NCBI GenBank assembly: GCA_016714535.1
Contig: JADKDR010000007.1
Coordinates: 1,022 to 65,021, forward strand
Reading direction: 5' to 3'
DNA: 64,000 nt
DNA from: Bacteroidota bacterium
GTDB taxonomy: Bacteria > Bacteroidota > Bacteroidia > AKYH767-A > OLB10
The notes below the pieces were generated by a model. That model worked only from the letters and a program-made list of their open reading frames with translations, searched no databases and was not told the origin of the DNA. This document shows positions 1 through 11,005 of this stretch, in pieces; within the stretch, counting starts at the first letter, position 1; each line of letters starts with the position of its first letter. A program made the translations under genes and the position numbers.

Positions 1-1260
1 TATGGTTTTGCATTCCTCGGGATTGTACACTCTGTTATCTTTTCGTTTTTAGCAATAAAAAATAAAAATACTGCCGACTTAATCATCACCTTTTTTCTAC
101 TAGCTCAATCAATTATCATTCTCGAATACGTTTTCTTCTGGACGGGATTGCAAGAACAATATCATCAGTTATGCAACATAAGTTTAACCATTCAGCTTTT
201 ATTTGGCCCTTTATTATTGATTTATGTTGATTATGTTTTTTCGGAAAACAAAAAGAAATCGAAATATATTTTCCACTTCATTCCGGCTATCGCTATTTTT
301 ATTTTCATGCTGCCTTATTATTTAAGCACTGCCAATCTTAAAATATATCACTATAAGATGATAAAATATTTTGTGCTCGATTTGCAGTATGTAACCTATC
401 TTATCATGGCTCACATGACGGCTTATTTTATAGTGATACTTTTAAAAATCAAAAAAGAAAAACGCATAGGTCATATTAACAACTGGCTTTTAATAATTGT
501 GGGGCTATTTGGTTTTTACACTGCTTGTTACATTTCATACTTCATCATGGTGCGCCAATCGTGGTTTACATTGACAACAGATTATTTCGTTTCCACCGGA
601 ATGTGTGTAAGCATTGTTTCAATAATTTATATGGCCTACGGCAAGAAAAAAATTCTTGATGGCTTTCCTGTTACAGAATCATTAAATCTTGAAAACATTT
701 ATTTCTCTTACAAAGAAAATATTGCAGAAAGCAATCCTGACAAAAAAAAAGATCATACTTTAGTTTATGATTATACGGCAAATATTAAAATAGGCCAGCC
801 TGAAGAAAATGTTTTCATTGTTCCCAAAACGGAAGAATTAACTGAACCGGAATCTTTTAATGATTTGGGTTCTGTAAAATACAAAAATTCAGGACTCACT
901 GCTGATATAGGTAATGAATTAGCGGAAGCCCTTAAGCAATTGATGTTGAATGAGAAACTTTACCGGGAGAGTGAATTGAAATTAGAAACGCTTGCTATAA
1001 AACTAGGAGTTGCCAAACATTATGTTTCACAAGTAATCAATCAGTATTACAAAGTAAACTTTTTTGAATACATCAATATGTTACGCATTGAAGATGCTAA
1101 ACAATTGCTGCTCGATTCAGATAAAAAATCAATGAACATTATTGAAGTGGCCTACACCGTTGGCTACAATACAAAGAATACATTTAATACCGCCTTTCGC
1201 AGAATTGTGGGAGTAACTCCAACAGCTTACCGCAATCAAAACAAAATCAGATTGAATTGA
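1..1260 (+). CDS. AraC-family transcriptional regulator with N-terminal multi-pass membrane domain (5' end runs off the window)
   Basis: The reading frame is open from base 1, so track ORF 148..1260 is only the part after an internal TTG. The N-terminal half is hydrophobic. The C-terminal ~100 aa carry the AraC double helix-turn-helix signature (LAIKLGVAKHYVSQVINQ ... IIEVAYTVGYNTKNTFNTAFRRIVGVTPTAYR). Confidence 0.75.
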   Translation, partial: YGFAFLGIVHSVIFSFLAIKNKNTADLIITFFLLAQSIIILEYVFFWTGLQEQYHQLCNISLTIQLLFGPLLLIYVDYVFSENKKKSKYIFHFIPAIAIFIFMLPYYLSTANLKIYHYKMIKYFVLDLQYVTYLIMAHMTAYFIVILLKIKKEKRIGHINNWLLIIVGLFGFYTACYISYFIMVRQSWFTLTTDYFVSTGMCVSIVSIIYMAYGKKKILDGFPVTESLNLENIYFSYKENIAESNPDKKKDHTLVYDYTANIKIGQPEENVFIVPKTEELTEPESFNDLGSVKYKNSGLTADIGNELAEALKQLMLNEKLYRESELKLETLAIKLGVAKHYVSQVINQYYKVNFFEYINMLRIEDAKQLLLDSDKKSMNIIEVAYTVGYNTKNTFNTAFRRIVGVTPTAYRNQNKIRLN

Positions 1261-1326
1261 GTAATACTTTATCGGTGATGACTTAAGTTAAATTTATCAC
1301 ACATTATTTTGCTGAAAAATAAGGGT

Positions 1327-3060
1327 ATGAAAATTAAATATGTCTTCTTCTTGTTTGCAATAATCCAATTTTTAAATTGTATGCTTGCAAATGCACAAGG
1401 CGGGTTTACAAAAGTTATAAATGGAACAAACCCTGTTACAACTTTTACGTCAAACGGAATTTACAAAGGTGCGGCCTGGATTGATTTTGATAACGATGGT
1501 GATATCGATTTGTTTGCTTATCCTAATAAACTTTTCCGTAACGATGGCAACGGTAGTTTCACGGCACTTGCTGATTTGCCTTACACACCGTTAGAGCCAC
1601 AAGGTGGCAGCAGCTGGGCCGATCTGGATAATGACGGTGATATAGATTGTATCATATCAGAAAAACCCTCTGGTGCTTTTTTGAATGATGGAGCAGGAAC
1701 ATTTACAAACATCTCTGCACAGATTGCAAACCTTAATGCTTTTCCTTCGTGGGGTTGCGCTATTGGAAATTGGAACAACGATGCCTTCCTCGATTTTATT
1801 TACGCTCACGCTGCGGCTTTTCACACGGCAGGTCCGTTTCCTTGCAAACTTTATTTAAACACAAATAATTCTGTAACTCCACAAAACATTATTGGTTATG
1901 CAATTACTGACATTACCGATACATATACCGTTCCTTATTGGAGCGATTATGATTTAGATGGCGACATGGATTTGTTTATTGCAAGCGGACCCGGAGGCAC
2001 ACCTGGCTTCGATTACTGTTATAAAAACATGAAAGTGGAAACCGGTTTGGATACACTTCAATTAATGACTACAGAATTATTTGCAACTCAGCAGCAGGAC
2101 GGGCAGTGTTATAATTTTATTGATGCTGATAACGATGGCGATTTGGATTTATGTCTTACAAATTATGCAGGTGCGCAAACCAGATTGTATGAAAACACCG
2201 GGGGTGCATATCTTTCGCATATAGCTCCTTTTACAACCACTACACAAAATCTGACCAACTGCTGGGGCGATTATGATAACGATGGCGACCTTGATGTTGT
2301 AATTACTGCCGATGCATCCACATCAAAATTGTATTTAAACAATGGTAGTCTGGCTTTTTCTCCGGCAATAAGTATAGGGAGCATTAGTAGTTGCGGAGTA
2401 ACCAACGGTGATTATGATAATGATGGCGATCTCGATTTATTTTTTCATGGACAAAATGCAGGACGCGCTTTGTTTGAAAATACTTCCGGCAATTCAAACA
2501 ATTGGGCAAATATTAAATGCAACGGTTTTGCTTCCAATAAATCTGCAATAGGAACCATTGTAAAATTAAAAGCGGTCATCAATGGAAATCCGGTTTGGCA
2601 ATTAAGAGAAATAAATGCTCAAAATAGTTTTCAAAGTCAGAATGATTTGCGTGTGCATTTCGGTCTTGGAAATGCAACGCTAATTGATTCTGTTATTTTT
2701 ATATTCTCAAGCGGACAAACTGATGTGATTACAAATGTTTCGCCTAACCAATTTTATTGTCATGATGAGGGCAGCAACAACTTGTGCCTGGTAACAGGTG
2801 TGAACGAAATTCGTCAAGACAATATTTTTGCCATATTTCCAAACCCAACAGAAAATTCGATTAGCATTCAATCTAAAAATGAATCTCAAATAATTGACGG
2901 TTGGAGCATAATTGATGAAACAGGAAGAATAATTCTTTCATCAGAACAAAAATCTATTGGAGCAATAAAAATAGATGTTCAAAGAATTGGTGCCGGAAAA
3001 TATTGGATAAACTTAATGAGTGAACATAAAATTTCGAGTGTAGCTTTTTTAAAGCCATAA
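1327..3060 (+). CDS. Secreted FG-GAP/VCBS-repeat protein with ASPIC/UnbV-like region and T9SS C-terminal sorting domain
   Basis: Signal peptide MKIKYVFFLFAIIQFLNCMLANA. Six DxDxDGDxD repeats (DFDNDGDIDLF, DLDNDGDIDC, DYDLDGDMDLF, DADNDGDLDL, DYDNDGDLDV, DYDNDGDLDLF). UnbV-like stretch AIGTIVKLKAVING...RVHFGLG. C-terminal IFPNPTENSISIQ... tail. ATG 1327 is preferred over the track TTG 1309. Confidence 0.75.
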   Translation: MKIKYVFFLFAIIQFLNCMLANAQGGFTKVINGTNPVTTFTSNGIYKGAAWIDFDNDGDIDLFAYPNKLFRNDGNGSFTALADLPYTPLEPQGGSSWADLDNDGDIDCIISEKPSGAFLNDGAGTFTNISAQIANLNAFPSWGCAIGNWNNDAFLDFIYAHAAAFHTAGPFPCKLYLNTNNSVTPQNIIGYAITDITDTYTVPYWSDYDLDGDMDLFIASGPGGTPGFDYCYKNMKVETGLDTLQLMTTELFATQQQDGQCYNFIDADNDGDLDLCLTNYAGAQTRLYENTGGAYLSHIAPFTTTTQNLTNCWGDYDNDGDLDVVITADASTSKLYLNNGSLAFSPAISIGSISSCGVTNGDYDNDGDLDLFFHGQNAGRALFENTSGNSNNWANIKCNGFASNKSAIGTIVKLKAVINGNPVWQLREINAQNSFQSQNDLRVHFGLGNATLIDSVIFIFSSGQTDVITNVSPNQFYCHDEGSNNLCLVTGVNEIRQDNIFAIFPNPTENSISIQSKNESQIIDGWSIIDETGRIILSSEQKSIGAIKIDVQRIGAGKYWINLMSEHKISSVAFLKP

Positions 3061-3097
3061 ATTAAATACAAAATTACGCTCTTGTTAAAACTCATAC

Positions 3098-4306
3098 ATG
3101 AAAAGAAATAATAAATTGTGGATTGCTTGTTTAATGAATTTATTTTCATTGAATACCTTTTGCCAATGGACTCCTCAAATCAGCAACACAGCAGAAACTT
3201 TGCTTGGTGTTTCTTTTACAAGCAATCAAAATGGTTTTGCGGTTGGAACAAACGGAGTTATTAAGCATACCGCAAACGCAGGATTAAACTGGACATCACA
3301 AACTAGCGGCACCACTCAATTTTTACGCGATGTGTTTTTTGTTGATTCATTGCATGGTACTATTGTTGGTGAAACCGGATTGATATTGCACACTGTAAAT
3401 GGTGGACTTAACTGGACAAATCAAACAAGCATTACAACCGAACATTTGGTTCATGTTCATTTTAATGATTCGCTTAATGGAATGGCATCAGGACAAAATG
3501 GATTAATCATCACCACAACTGATGGTGGTGCTAACTGGGTTTTACAAAACAGTAATGTTACTGTTGAGTTAGCGGGCATTATAATGATAGATAATTCTAT
3601 TGCTTTTGCTGTAGGTTTTAACGGAACTATTTTAAAAACTATTGATAGTGGAAGTAACTGGGCACCACAAATAAGCGGCACAACAAATGAATTGCGGAGT
3701 GTATCATTTGTAAATGCCGACACAGGATATGTTGTTGGTTACGGTGGCTTGATTTTAAAAACAATGGATGGCGGCAACAACTGGCTGATACAAACAAGCG
3801 GTACAACAAACGATTTATTTGCTGTACATTTTACAACTTCAGAAATTGGCAATGCTGTTGGCACAGGAAAAATTATCAGAACAATTGATGGAGGAAATAA
3901 CTGGATAAATCAACCCGTTACTTTCACAGGCGATTTGTATGATGTTTGTTTTGCAGATAATGTATGCGGCTGGTCAGTTGGGCAAACGGGTAAAATTTTT
4001 TTTACCAATAATGGAGGCGGGCTAACAGGAATTATTGACCCTCATTTTGTCAAAAATATATTTACTTTAAATCCCAATCCAGCACGTTCGATAATAAACT
4101 TATCATGCAACCAGGAAGTGAAAAATCACATCTCCATTCTGATATATGATAATCTTGGAAATGAAGCACAACTAAATTCTATAAATAATTCTTATACAAG
4201 TACAGACAACATTTCTATTGATATTTCAGATTTAACAAATGGAGTTTATTTCTGTAAAATTAAATCGAATAAAAATTTACAAACTATTAAATTGATTAAA
4301 AATTAA
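3098..4306 (+). CDS. Secreted BNR/Ycf48-like beta-propeller protein with T9SS C-terminal sorting domain
   Basis: Signal peptide. Repeated blade motif xxDGGxNW (NAGLNWT, VNGGLNWT, TDGGANWV, IDSGSNWA, MDGGNNWL, IDGGNNWI). C-terminal LNPNPARSIINLS...GVYFCKIK tail typical of T9SS cargo. Confidence 0.65.
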   Translation: MKRNNKLWIACLMNLFSLNTFCQWTPQISNTAETLLGVSFTSNQNGFAVGTNGVIKHTANAGLNWTSQTSGTTQFLRDVFFVDSLHGTIVGETGLILHTVNGGLNWTNQTSITTEHLVHVHFNDSLNGMASGQNGLIITTTDGGANWVLQNSNVTVELAGIIMIDNSIAFAVGFNGTILKTIDSGSNWAPQISGTTNELRSVSFVNADTGYVVGYGGLILKTMDGGNNWLIQTSGTTNDLFAVHFTTSEIGNAVGTGKIIRTIDGGNNWINQPVTFTGDLYDVCFADNVCGWSVGQTGKIFFTNNGGGLTGIIDPHFVKNIFTLNPNPARSIINLSCNQEVKNHISILIYDNLGNEAQLNSINNSYTSTDNISIDISDLTNGVYFCKIKSNKNLQTIKLIKN

Positions 4307-4310
4307 AATC

Positions 4311-6010
4311 ATGAATAAATTATTTACCATTTTATTTTCAGGAATTATTCTGTCAATAACTACTCCTCATAATCTCAATGCACAATCAATTCAATGGATT
4401 CGTGATGCCGGTTCAACACCATTCAGTTCAAACGAAAATGGCACCGCTGTGGATGCCGACTCAAATAGTAACGCCTATGTAATCGGACATCTTGCAATAG
4501 ACAGTTACTTCTCCGGGCTTTTTGTTCCTGCTCAGCAAGATGGATGCCTTGCAAAATATGATGCTGCCGGTATTGTGCAATGGGTGCGAACATTTGGCGG
4601 TCCCGGCTTTGTGGATATTCAGGAAGCATCGGTGAAGGTGTCTGTTGCCGACAATGCAGTATATGTGTGTGGTGCATTCCGAACACAAATCGCTAACCCC
4701 ACGGTCACCTTCGATACAATTTCATATACGTATCCCGGTAACAGCCGTCATGGTTTTTGGCAAAGTATGATTTGAATGGAAACATTCAGTGGATGAAACA
4801 CGGTGGCGGCACAGGTTTGGGTGCTGGCTTCAATGATATTGACATAGATGACCAAGGACGCATTGTTGTTGTGGGAACTGTAGATGGAACTAACATTTTC
4901 GATACGCTATCCTTAACTTATGATGGCGGAATTTTGCTTCGTTACCTTCCTGATGGAACACTCACAGACCTCATTCAGCTAAATGATGTTAGTGCCATCC
5001 ATCAGGAGGCGAGAGAAGTTGAAGTAGCATCCGGCTCCGGAAATATTTATGTAGGCGGAGCATTCTTCGACAACATTTCACTCAATGGTTTTACTGCCAA
5101 CGCATCGGTATTTAATGTTTTTGAATTGAAGCTTGATACTAACCTCACTTGCCAGTGGCTAAGCAATGGTGGAGGCACTAACGGAACCTGGATTAATGGC
5201 TTGGCAATTGATGCCAGCGAGAATAGTTATATTACGGGTCATGCCAGTGGAGATACTGTGCAATTCGGTTTGCAATATTTTAATGGATACACCATGTTCG
5301 ACCATGAAGTAATTACGTTGAAAGTAAATGCTGTCGGCACTCCTCTGTGGCTTCGTCATGGTGGAAGCCTTGTGAATGATGAAGCCTGGGACATCATCGC
5401 AGATGCAAACGGCAATACAGTGATAACAGGTTTTCTTGGAGGCAATGTTTTGTTTGCAAATTTCGATAACATTCAAGTGCCAATCTTCACTCAAAGCGCG
5501 CATTGTTTTATTGCACGCTATGACTCCAATGGGCTTATAGCTTACGCTCGTGTTATGGGAGGCGGTTCTGATGATGCCGGTTTAGGACTTGCTTTAGCAA
5601 ACGACAGCACCTTTTATCTTACAGGCACAGCACAAAGCTCTGCACCATGGGACACCTTACTATATGTGCCATGCTGCCTTAATCCTAATTTGATAGTGGC
5701 AAAATTCAGCGATACATTCAACAACATTAACACAGGTATTTACGATAGTCCAACAACGGAATTTTCCGTATTCCCAAATCCATTTTCTGCTACAGTAACT
5801 TTAGAATTTAATTTATCAGCAACAAAAAATATTTCTATTTCAATTAATGATGTGACGGACAGAGAAGTAAAAACAATTTCAACAACAAATCTTCAACCTG
5901 GTAAAAATAAAATCAGCATTGACTTAGATAAATTAAATAGAGGAATTTATTTCTGCAAAATAAATTCTAATGAAAATTTTAAAACTGCAAAATTGATTAA
6001 AGGTAATTGA
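4311..6010 (+). pseudogene. Secreted SBBP-type beta-propeller T9SS cargo, split by a frameshift in a T5 run (pseudogene or homopolymer miscall)
   Basis: Track ORFs 4311..4775 and 4757..6010 overlap in different frames. The first contains ...CLAKYDAAGIVQW. The second starts (TTG) with AKYDLNGNIQW, the same repeat unit. One extra T in ttttt (4754-4758) gives a continuous ...HGFLAKYDLNGNIQW. The C-terminus VFPNPFSATVTLEF...GIYFCKI is a T9SS tail. Confidence 0.6.
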
Positions 6011-6188
6011 GGAGATTTTGAAACAAAATCATAAAATAATGAAAAAAACAATATGCTTATTTCGTATCTTCTGTTAGCAGATTATTTATGTTTAAGCTAA
6101 ACAAACCATAAAGCAACTTTGATGGAATTACTTGTTAAACTAACAACAAAGGTGCTTAGGAGTTCTAATAATAATTAAATACAGAGTT

Positions 6189-7238
6189 ATGATAACTAGC
6201 TTAAAAACATTCAACTTAATAATGATATTGGTATGTATGGCTTTAGTTTCGTGCAAGCATGAGTATAATACAGAAACCCTTCAATATAATATTGGACAAA
6301 CTCGTTTCACCGGCACATTTTACAAGCCGTTAACACCACCGCCATACCCTCTTATCGTGCTTGCCCATGGCTCCGGAAAAGGTGTGAGAAGCTCATTTTA
6401 TTATACGCCCTATGGGGAGTATTTTTCAAAAAACGGGATAGCTGTTTTTATTTTTGATAAACGAGGTGTAGGCGATTCGGAAGGAATCTATGATGAAAAC
6501 CCTGATTTTAATTTACTTGCCTCAGATTTACAAGCAACGTATAAGTTTATAATTAATCGCCCCGACATTGACAAAAGCAAGGCAGGAATATTAGGAATAA
6601 GTCAGGCAGGGTGGGTTGTACCGATTGCCTTACAGCATCTGGATAATGTGTCATTTACGGTTTGCACTTCTTGTCCTTTAGTGCCGCCTTATCAATCAGA
6701 TTTATTTCAAAAAGGAAGAGAACTTGCTGAATCGGGATATGCAGTAAATGATATTGAAGAGATTCTCAATTATAATCGCTCCATAACTGAATATGTTGCC
6801 ACATTTGAAGGAAGAGAAAAGGTTATCCTGTTAAAACAAAAATATAAAGACCGTAAATGGTTTAAAGATTTTGATTATAACCCCGAACTTTTACCGGAAG
6901 ATTCACTCAAGAAACCGATGTTCAATCATTATCGTAAAAGTGTTTTTGAGCCCATCCCTTATTGGAGAAATCTAAGTGTTCCGCTATTGTTTATTTATGG
7001 TGAAAAGGACTCTCACATTCCTGTTGAACAATCTATTTTACAATTGAATGATTCGCTTAAAACCACAGCTTTTTTTAGAATCCATCAGTTCAAAAATACA
7101 GGTCATCTAATCCAAACCGTTGATGATTCTGTTGAATTGTTGAACTTCAACTTACTCAGTTTTATCAAGGGTAAACCGAAGCCAATTCCGGAGTATTTGG
7201 ATTATGTAAAAACCTGGATTCTGGAGCCAAAAAAATAA
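6189..7238 (+). CDS. Alpha/beta hydrolase (S9/dienelactone-hydrolase-like), exported
   Basis: N-terminal signal/lipoprotein-like segment (LVSCKH). HGSGKG oxyanion region. GISQAG nucleophile elbow (GxSxG). Late GEKDSHIP and NTGH fit the Asp/His of a catalytic triad. Confidence 0.65.
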   Translation: MITSLKTFNLIMILVCMALVSCKHEYNTETLQYNIGQTRFTGTFYKPLTPPPYPLIVLAHGSGKGVRSSFYYTPYGEYFSKNGIAVFIFDKRGVGDSEGIYDENPDFNLLASDLQATYKFIINRPDIDKSKAGILGISQAGWVVPIALQHLDNVSFTVCTSCPLVPPYQSDLFQKGRELAESGYAVNDIEEILNYNRSITEYVATFEGREKVILLKQKYKDRKWFKDFDYNPELLPEDSLKKPMFNHYRKSVFEPIPYWRNLSVPLLFIYGEKDSHIPVEQSILQLNDSLKTTAFFRIHQFKNTGHLIQTVDDSVELLNFNLLSFIKGKPKPIPEYLDYVKTWILEPKK

Positions 7239-7388
7239 ATTTCAATTGACAACTATGCTGAGTTTCGAAAATAAATATTACTTAAAGTTGAAGCTAAAAT
7301 ATTTTATGAAAAAGCGTTGCTTGCATAACCTGATTAATTAAATACTAAAAAGGGAAAAAAATTATTGAACAATTAAAAACTTACAAGT

Positions 7389-8846
7389 ATGAAACTCAAC
7401 TTAATATTTCTAATATTCTTTTCGCTTTCCTTATCCTCCCGTGGACAAAAGAAAGATATCATAAAAGAAATTTATTCTGTCGAAGAATTAAAACAGGACT
7501 TTGATGTATTCAGAACTTCTTTGGAAGAAGGGCATCCCGGGCTTTATTTGTTTAAATCAAAAACTCAAATGGATTCCATATTTGAGGCGACTTCCTCTTC
7601 TATTACACACCAAATGACAAATAGTGAATTGATGATTGTGCTTTGCAAAGTTGTAGCACAAATTGGTGACGGGCATTTAAAAGTAGTTCCTCCAAAAGTT
7701 AAATTGGATTCATTAGACGAAGGTGCCACTGCCATTCCGTTCAGGGTTTATTATGCTGACGATAAATTATATGTCCAACGGAATTATTCAACACTAAGTG
7801 ATAAAGAATTTTTGGGGGCACAAATCATTGCTATCAACGGACACTCCATAACGGATTTTATCAAAGAATTTCTTTTGATATTTCCGTCAGATGGAAATAA
7901 TGTAACTCATAAATATCGCTTGCTTTCGAGCTCCCGTTATTTTACAAGATATTTTTTTATGCTTTATGGCTATTCTGAAACTTATGAGGTGCAATACATT
8001 TCGCAAAATGAAACCACTGTTAAAACAAGTAAGCTGCAAGGATTATTTTTTGACAAACTAAATGAATTAAGAAAAGAGCGCTATCCGGAAATTGATGCAC
8101 AGAAGCCTGCGGAATTTAGCATGAGTGAAGATAAATCTTCTGCCTATTTAAGAATTACAACTTTTGATAAAGGAGAGTTTAAAAAACACAAAATGGATTA
8201 TGAGAAATTTCTAAAAAAGTCTTTTGAAGAGTTGGACGCAAACCATATTTCAAATTTAATTATTGATGTTCGTGATAACGGAGGCGGAACAGACGAGTAC
8301 GGCAAAATTTTGTTTTCCTATTTTATCAATCATGAGTTTGATTACTATAAATCTTTACGAATGAATAAAGAAAGTTTTAATTTTTTTCAATACACCAACA
8401 GGCCCGACATGAAAGCGCCAAAAGGAATGTTGAAAGCAAATAGTGAAGGAACATTTGATAACATACAACATCCCAATGTAGGTATTCAACATCCTTCCAT
8501 GCCAACATTCACAGGTAATATTTATGCATTGATAAACGGGTGGTGTTTTTCTACCACAAGCGAATTTTTATCGCTTCTTCAATTTCACACCAAAGCAATT
8601 TTTATAGGCGAAGAAAGCGGAGGCAATTATTATGGCAATTGTTCAGGACCTACACCGGATTTTACATTACCCAATTCCAAAATAAGAATTGAAATTCCTT
8701 TAATGAATTATCGCATAGCAGTAAAAGATTATCAATACACAGACAGGGGAATCATTCCAAATTATACCGTGCTGCCAACTGCAATGGATAAAATAAACAA
8801 TGTTGATTTGGAATTGGAGTTTACAAATAAATTAATTAAAAAATAA
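7389..8846 (+). CDS. Peptidase S41 family protein (paralog 1)
   Basis: Signal peptide. LIIDVRDNGGG motif and downstream FSTTSEF / GEESGG segments typical of S41 (tail-specific protease-like) enzymes. Collinear with 8848..10533 and 17735..19231. Confidence 0.7.
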   Translation: MKLNLIFLIFFSLSLSSRGQKKDIIKEIYSVEELKQDFDVFRTSLEEGHPGLYLFKSKTQMDSIFEATSSSITHQMTNSELMIVLCKVVAQIGDGHLKVVPPKVKLDSLDEGATAIPFRVYYADDKLYVQRNYSTLSDKEFLGAQIIAINGHSITDFIKEFLLIFPSDGNNVTHKYRLLSSSRYFTRYFFMLYGYSETYEVQYISQNETTVKTSKLQGLFFDKLNELRKERYPEIDAQKPAEFSMSEDKSSAYLRITTFDKGEFKKHKMDYEKFLKKSFEELDANHISNLIIDVRDNGGGTDEYGKILFSYFINHEFDYYKSLRMNKESFNFFQYTNRPDMKAPKGMLKANSEGTFDNIQHPNVGIQHPSMPTFTGNIYALINGWCFSTTSEFLSLLQFHTKAIFIGEESGGNYYGNCSGPTPDFTLPNSKIRIEIPLMNYRIAVKDYQYTDRGIIPNYTVLPTAMDKINNVDLELEFTNKLIKK

Positions 8847-8847
8847 A

Positions 8848-10533
8848 ATGAAAAAAATAAAACTTAAAACAATTCTATTCGTAGTAATTTGTTTGTTAGT
8901 GAATTATGCACAAGCCCAACAAACAAACGCAAATCATTTACAAGAAGATTTAAAATATTTAAAAACCACCATTCACACAAAATATTCAAATCTGTTTTAC
9001 AACATCACAGCTGATGATTGGGATAAACAGGCCGATGAGTTGAATAAACAGTTGCCCTCTATGAGCAATGAACAGGCATTAGCAGGTTTTGTAAAACTTA
9101 TTGCCTTGTTTCACATTGGACATACGCAGGTTAATACTTTCAACCTGCATCAACATGGAAGCTTGAGCAATGAAAAGGCGCCCGGTACGATTTCACTTTT
9201 GCACCGTTATCCATTCGAGTTGTATTGGTTTAGTGATGGCCTTTATATTAAAAGTGCTGATAAAGGCTATGCAGGTTGCATCTGAGGAAAAGTAACCATG
9301 ATTGGAAACATGAAAACAAATGATGCAATAGAAGCTGTCCGGCCATTGGTTTCTTATGAAAACGAGCAGGGATTTAAATCCAATTGCCCTTTCTTTTTAC
9401 AAATTCCTGAATATTTAGAAACTCAAAACATAACTACTAATGCTGATGAGGTTACTATAAAATATTTAAAAGACGGTAAGGAAGCAAGTGTTGTTTTTAA
9501 AAAAATAGATTTTGAATATTCGGGCATGACAGGGCTTGAAGCTACTGATGAGTGGATGGAAGCGCGAAAAAATAATTCCACGCCCTTATGGATGAAAGAA
9601 CCTGATGCTTATCGATATATGGAATACTTGCCTGAAAGCAAAACGCTTTATGTACGGCACAGTGTTATATCAAATGACGGAAAGAAAACGATAGCAGACT
9701 TTTTTAAACGCATGGTAAATTTTATTGACAGCAATAATGTGCATCAGCTAATTCTAGATGTGAGGATGAACGGTGGCGGAAATAATTATCACAATAAAGA
9801 AACTGTTACCAGCATTATAAAATCAAGAAAAATAAATGAGAAGGGAAAATTCTTTTGCATCATTGGCAGAAGAACTTTTTCTGCTTGTCAAAACCTGGTA
9901 AACGCATTAGAAAAATATACCGAAGTAATTTTCGTGGGCGAACCCACATCCGAAAATATTAATTTTTATGGCGATACAAAAACAGAAACTTTGCCTAACA
10001 GCAAGTTGCAGGTAAACCTTAGCTGGTTATGGTGGCAGGATTTTGATGCACGCGATAAACGTAAATTCACATCACCCGAACTGGCCACCGATATGAGTTT
10101 TGATGATTTCTATAACAACATTGACCCTGCAATGAATGCCATTTATAATTACCAAAAAGAAAAACCATTATTGGTTTTTTTAAATGAACTTTTAGAAAGT
10201 GGAAAAAATGAAGAAGCATTTCAATATGCCAACGATTATAAAAACAATCCATTACATCGTTATGTACACGACCAGTTAGAAGTTACTATTAATGCTGAAG
10301 CTTACCGCATCATGCTAACAAATTTGAAAACAGCAAGTTTCATGTTAGAGCTAAACATGAAACTGTTTCCGGAGTCGGCAAATACCTACGACAGCTATGC
10401 AGAAAGTTTAATGAACATAGGTAAAAAAGAAGAAGCAATAAAATATTATGAAATGGCAATTGCAAAAGATAAGAATGGATTTATAGCGGAAAATTCGAAA
10501 AAGCAGATTGATAAAATAAGGAAGAAGCAATAA
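8848..10533 (+). pseudogene. Peptidase S41 family protein with C-terminal TPR (paralog 2), interrupted by an in-frame TGA
   Basis: Track ORFs 8848..9285 and 9298..10533 are in the same frame and separated only by TGA 9283-9285 (...GYAGCI*GKVTMIGNMKTNDAIEAV...). The joined product is collinear with the other S41 paralogs (LILDVRMNGGG, FSACQNL, GEPTSEN). Confidence 0.6.
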
Positions 10534-10554
10534 ATTGAAAAATTGGTTGCGATT

Positions 10555-10760
10555 AAAAATGTACTGAATCCAATGCCAACAATGAAGCCCATGTTGGACA
10601 ACATGCATCGACCGTAGTGTCGGTGGAACCTTTGCTGGATCCTGCAGTGAGTATGCCCTAACTGTTCGCAAAGGTGGTATCGAATTTTTGTTTTGAGGTT
10701 TGCGGGTTGCTATAGGAGATCGCGTAACTATGAGTGTATACTTAGTTGTGTTGTTTACAT
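10555..10760 (-). mobile_element. Repeat-family copy B (partial; 5' two-fifths of the plus-strand consensus)
   Basis: Aligns by eye with copies A and E: gtgtcggtggaa, ctgttcgcaa, gaatttttg, ggtttgcgggttgctatag, taactatgagtgtatac. Starts ~22 nt after the stop of the S41 pseudogene. The strand given is that of the transposase relic present in fuller copies. Confidence 0.5.
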
Positions 10761-11005
10761 AAGTAATGTTTTTGTCTCTCATACTCTATTAATAACAAAA
10801 ACAAATGAAGACCCTAAAGCGACTCAGGTTTATGAATCCACAAAATGTTTATCTATATTTTACAGAAAATAGTTTTCGCGTTTATTTTCAATACTTTTGT
10901 TGCGCAATGAAAAGTACATGCGTAATTGGAAAGGCCCCTTTTTATTAATTATCAGCCATAATTGCGCTCTGAACAAACAGCATTACCGTTTAAAATTGAC
11001 AAGCT

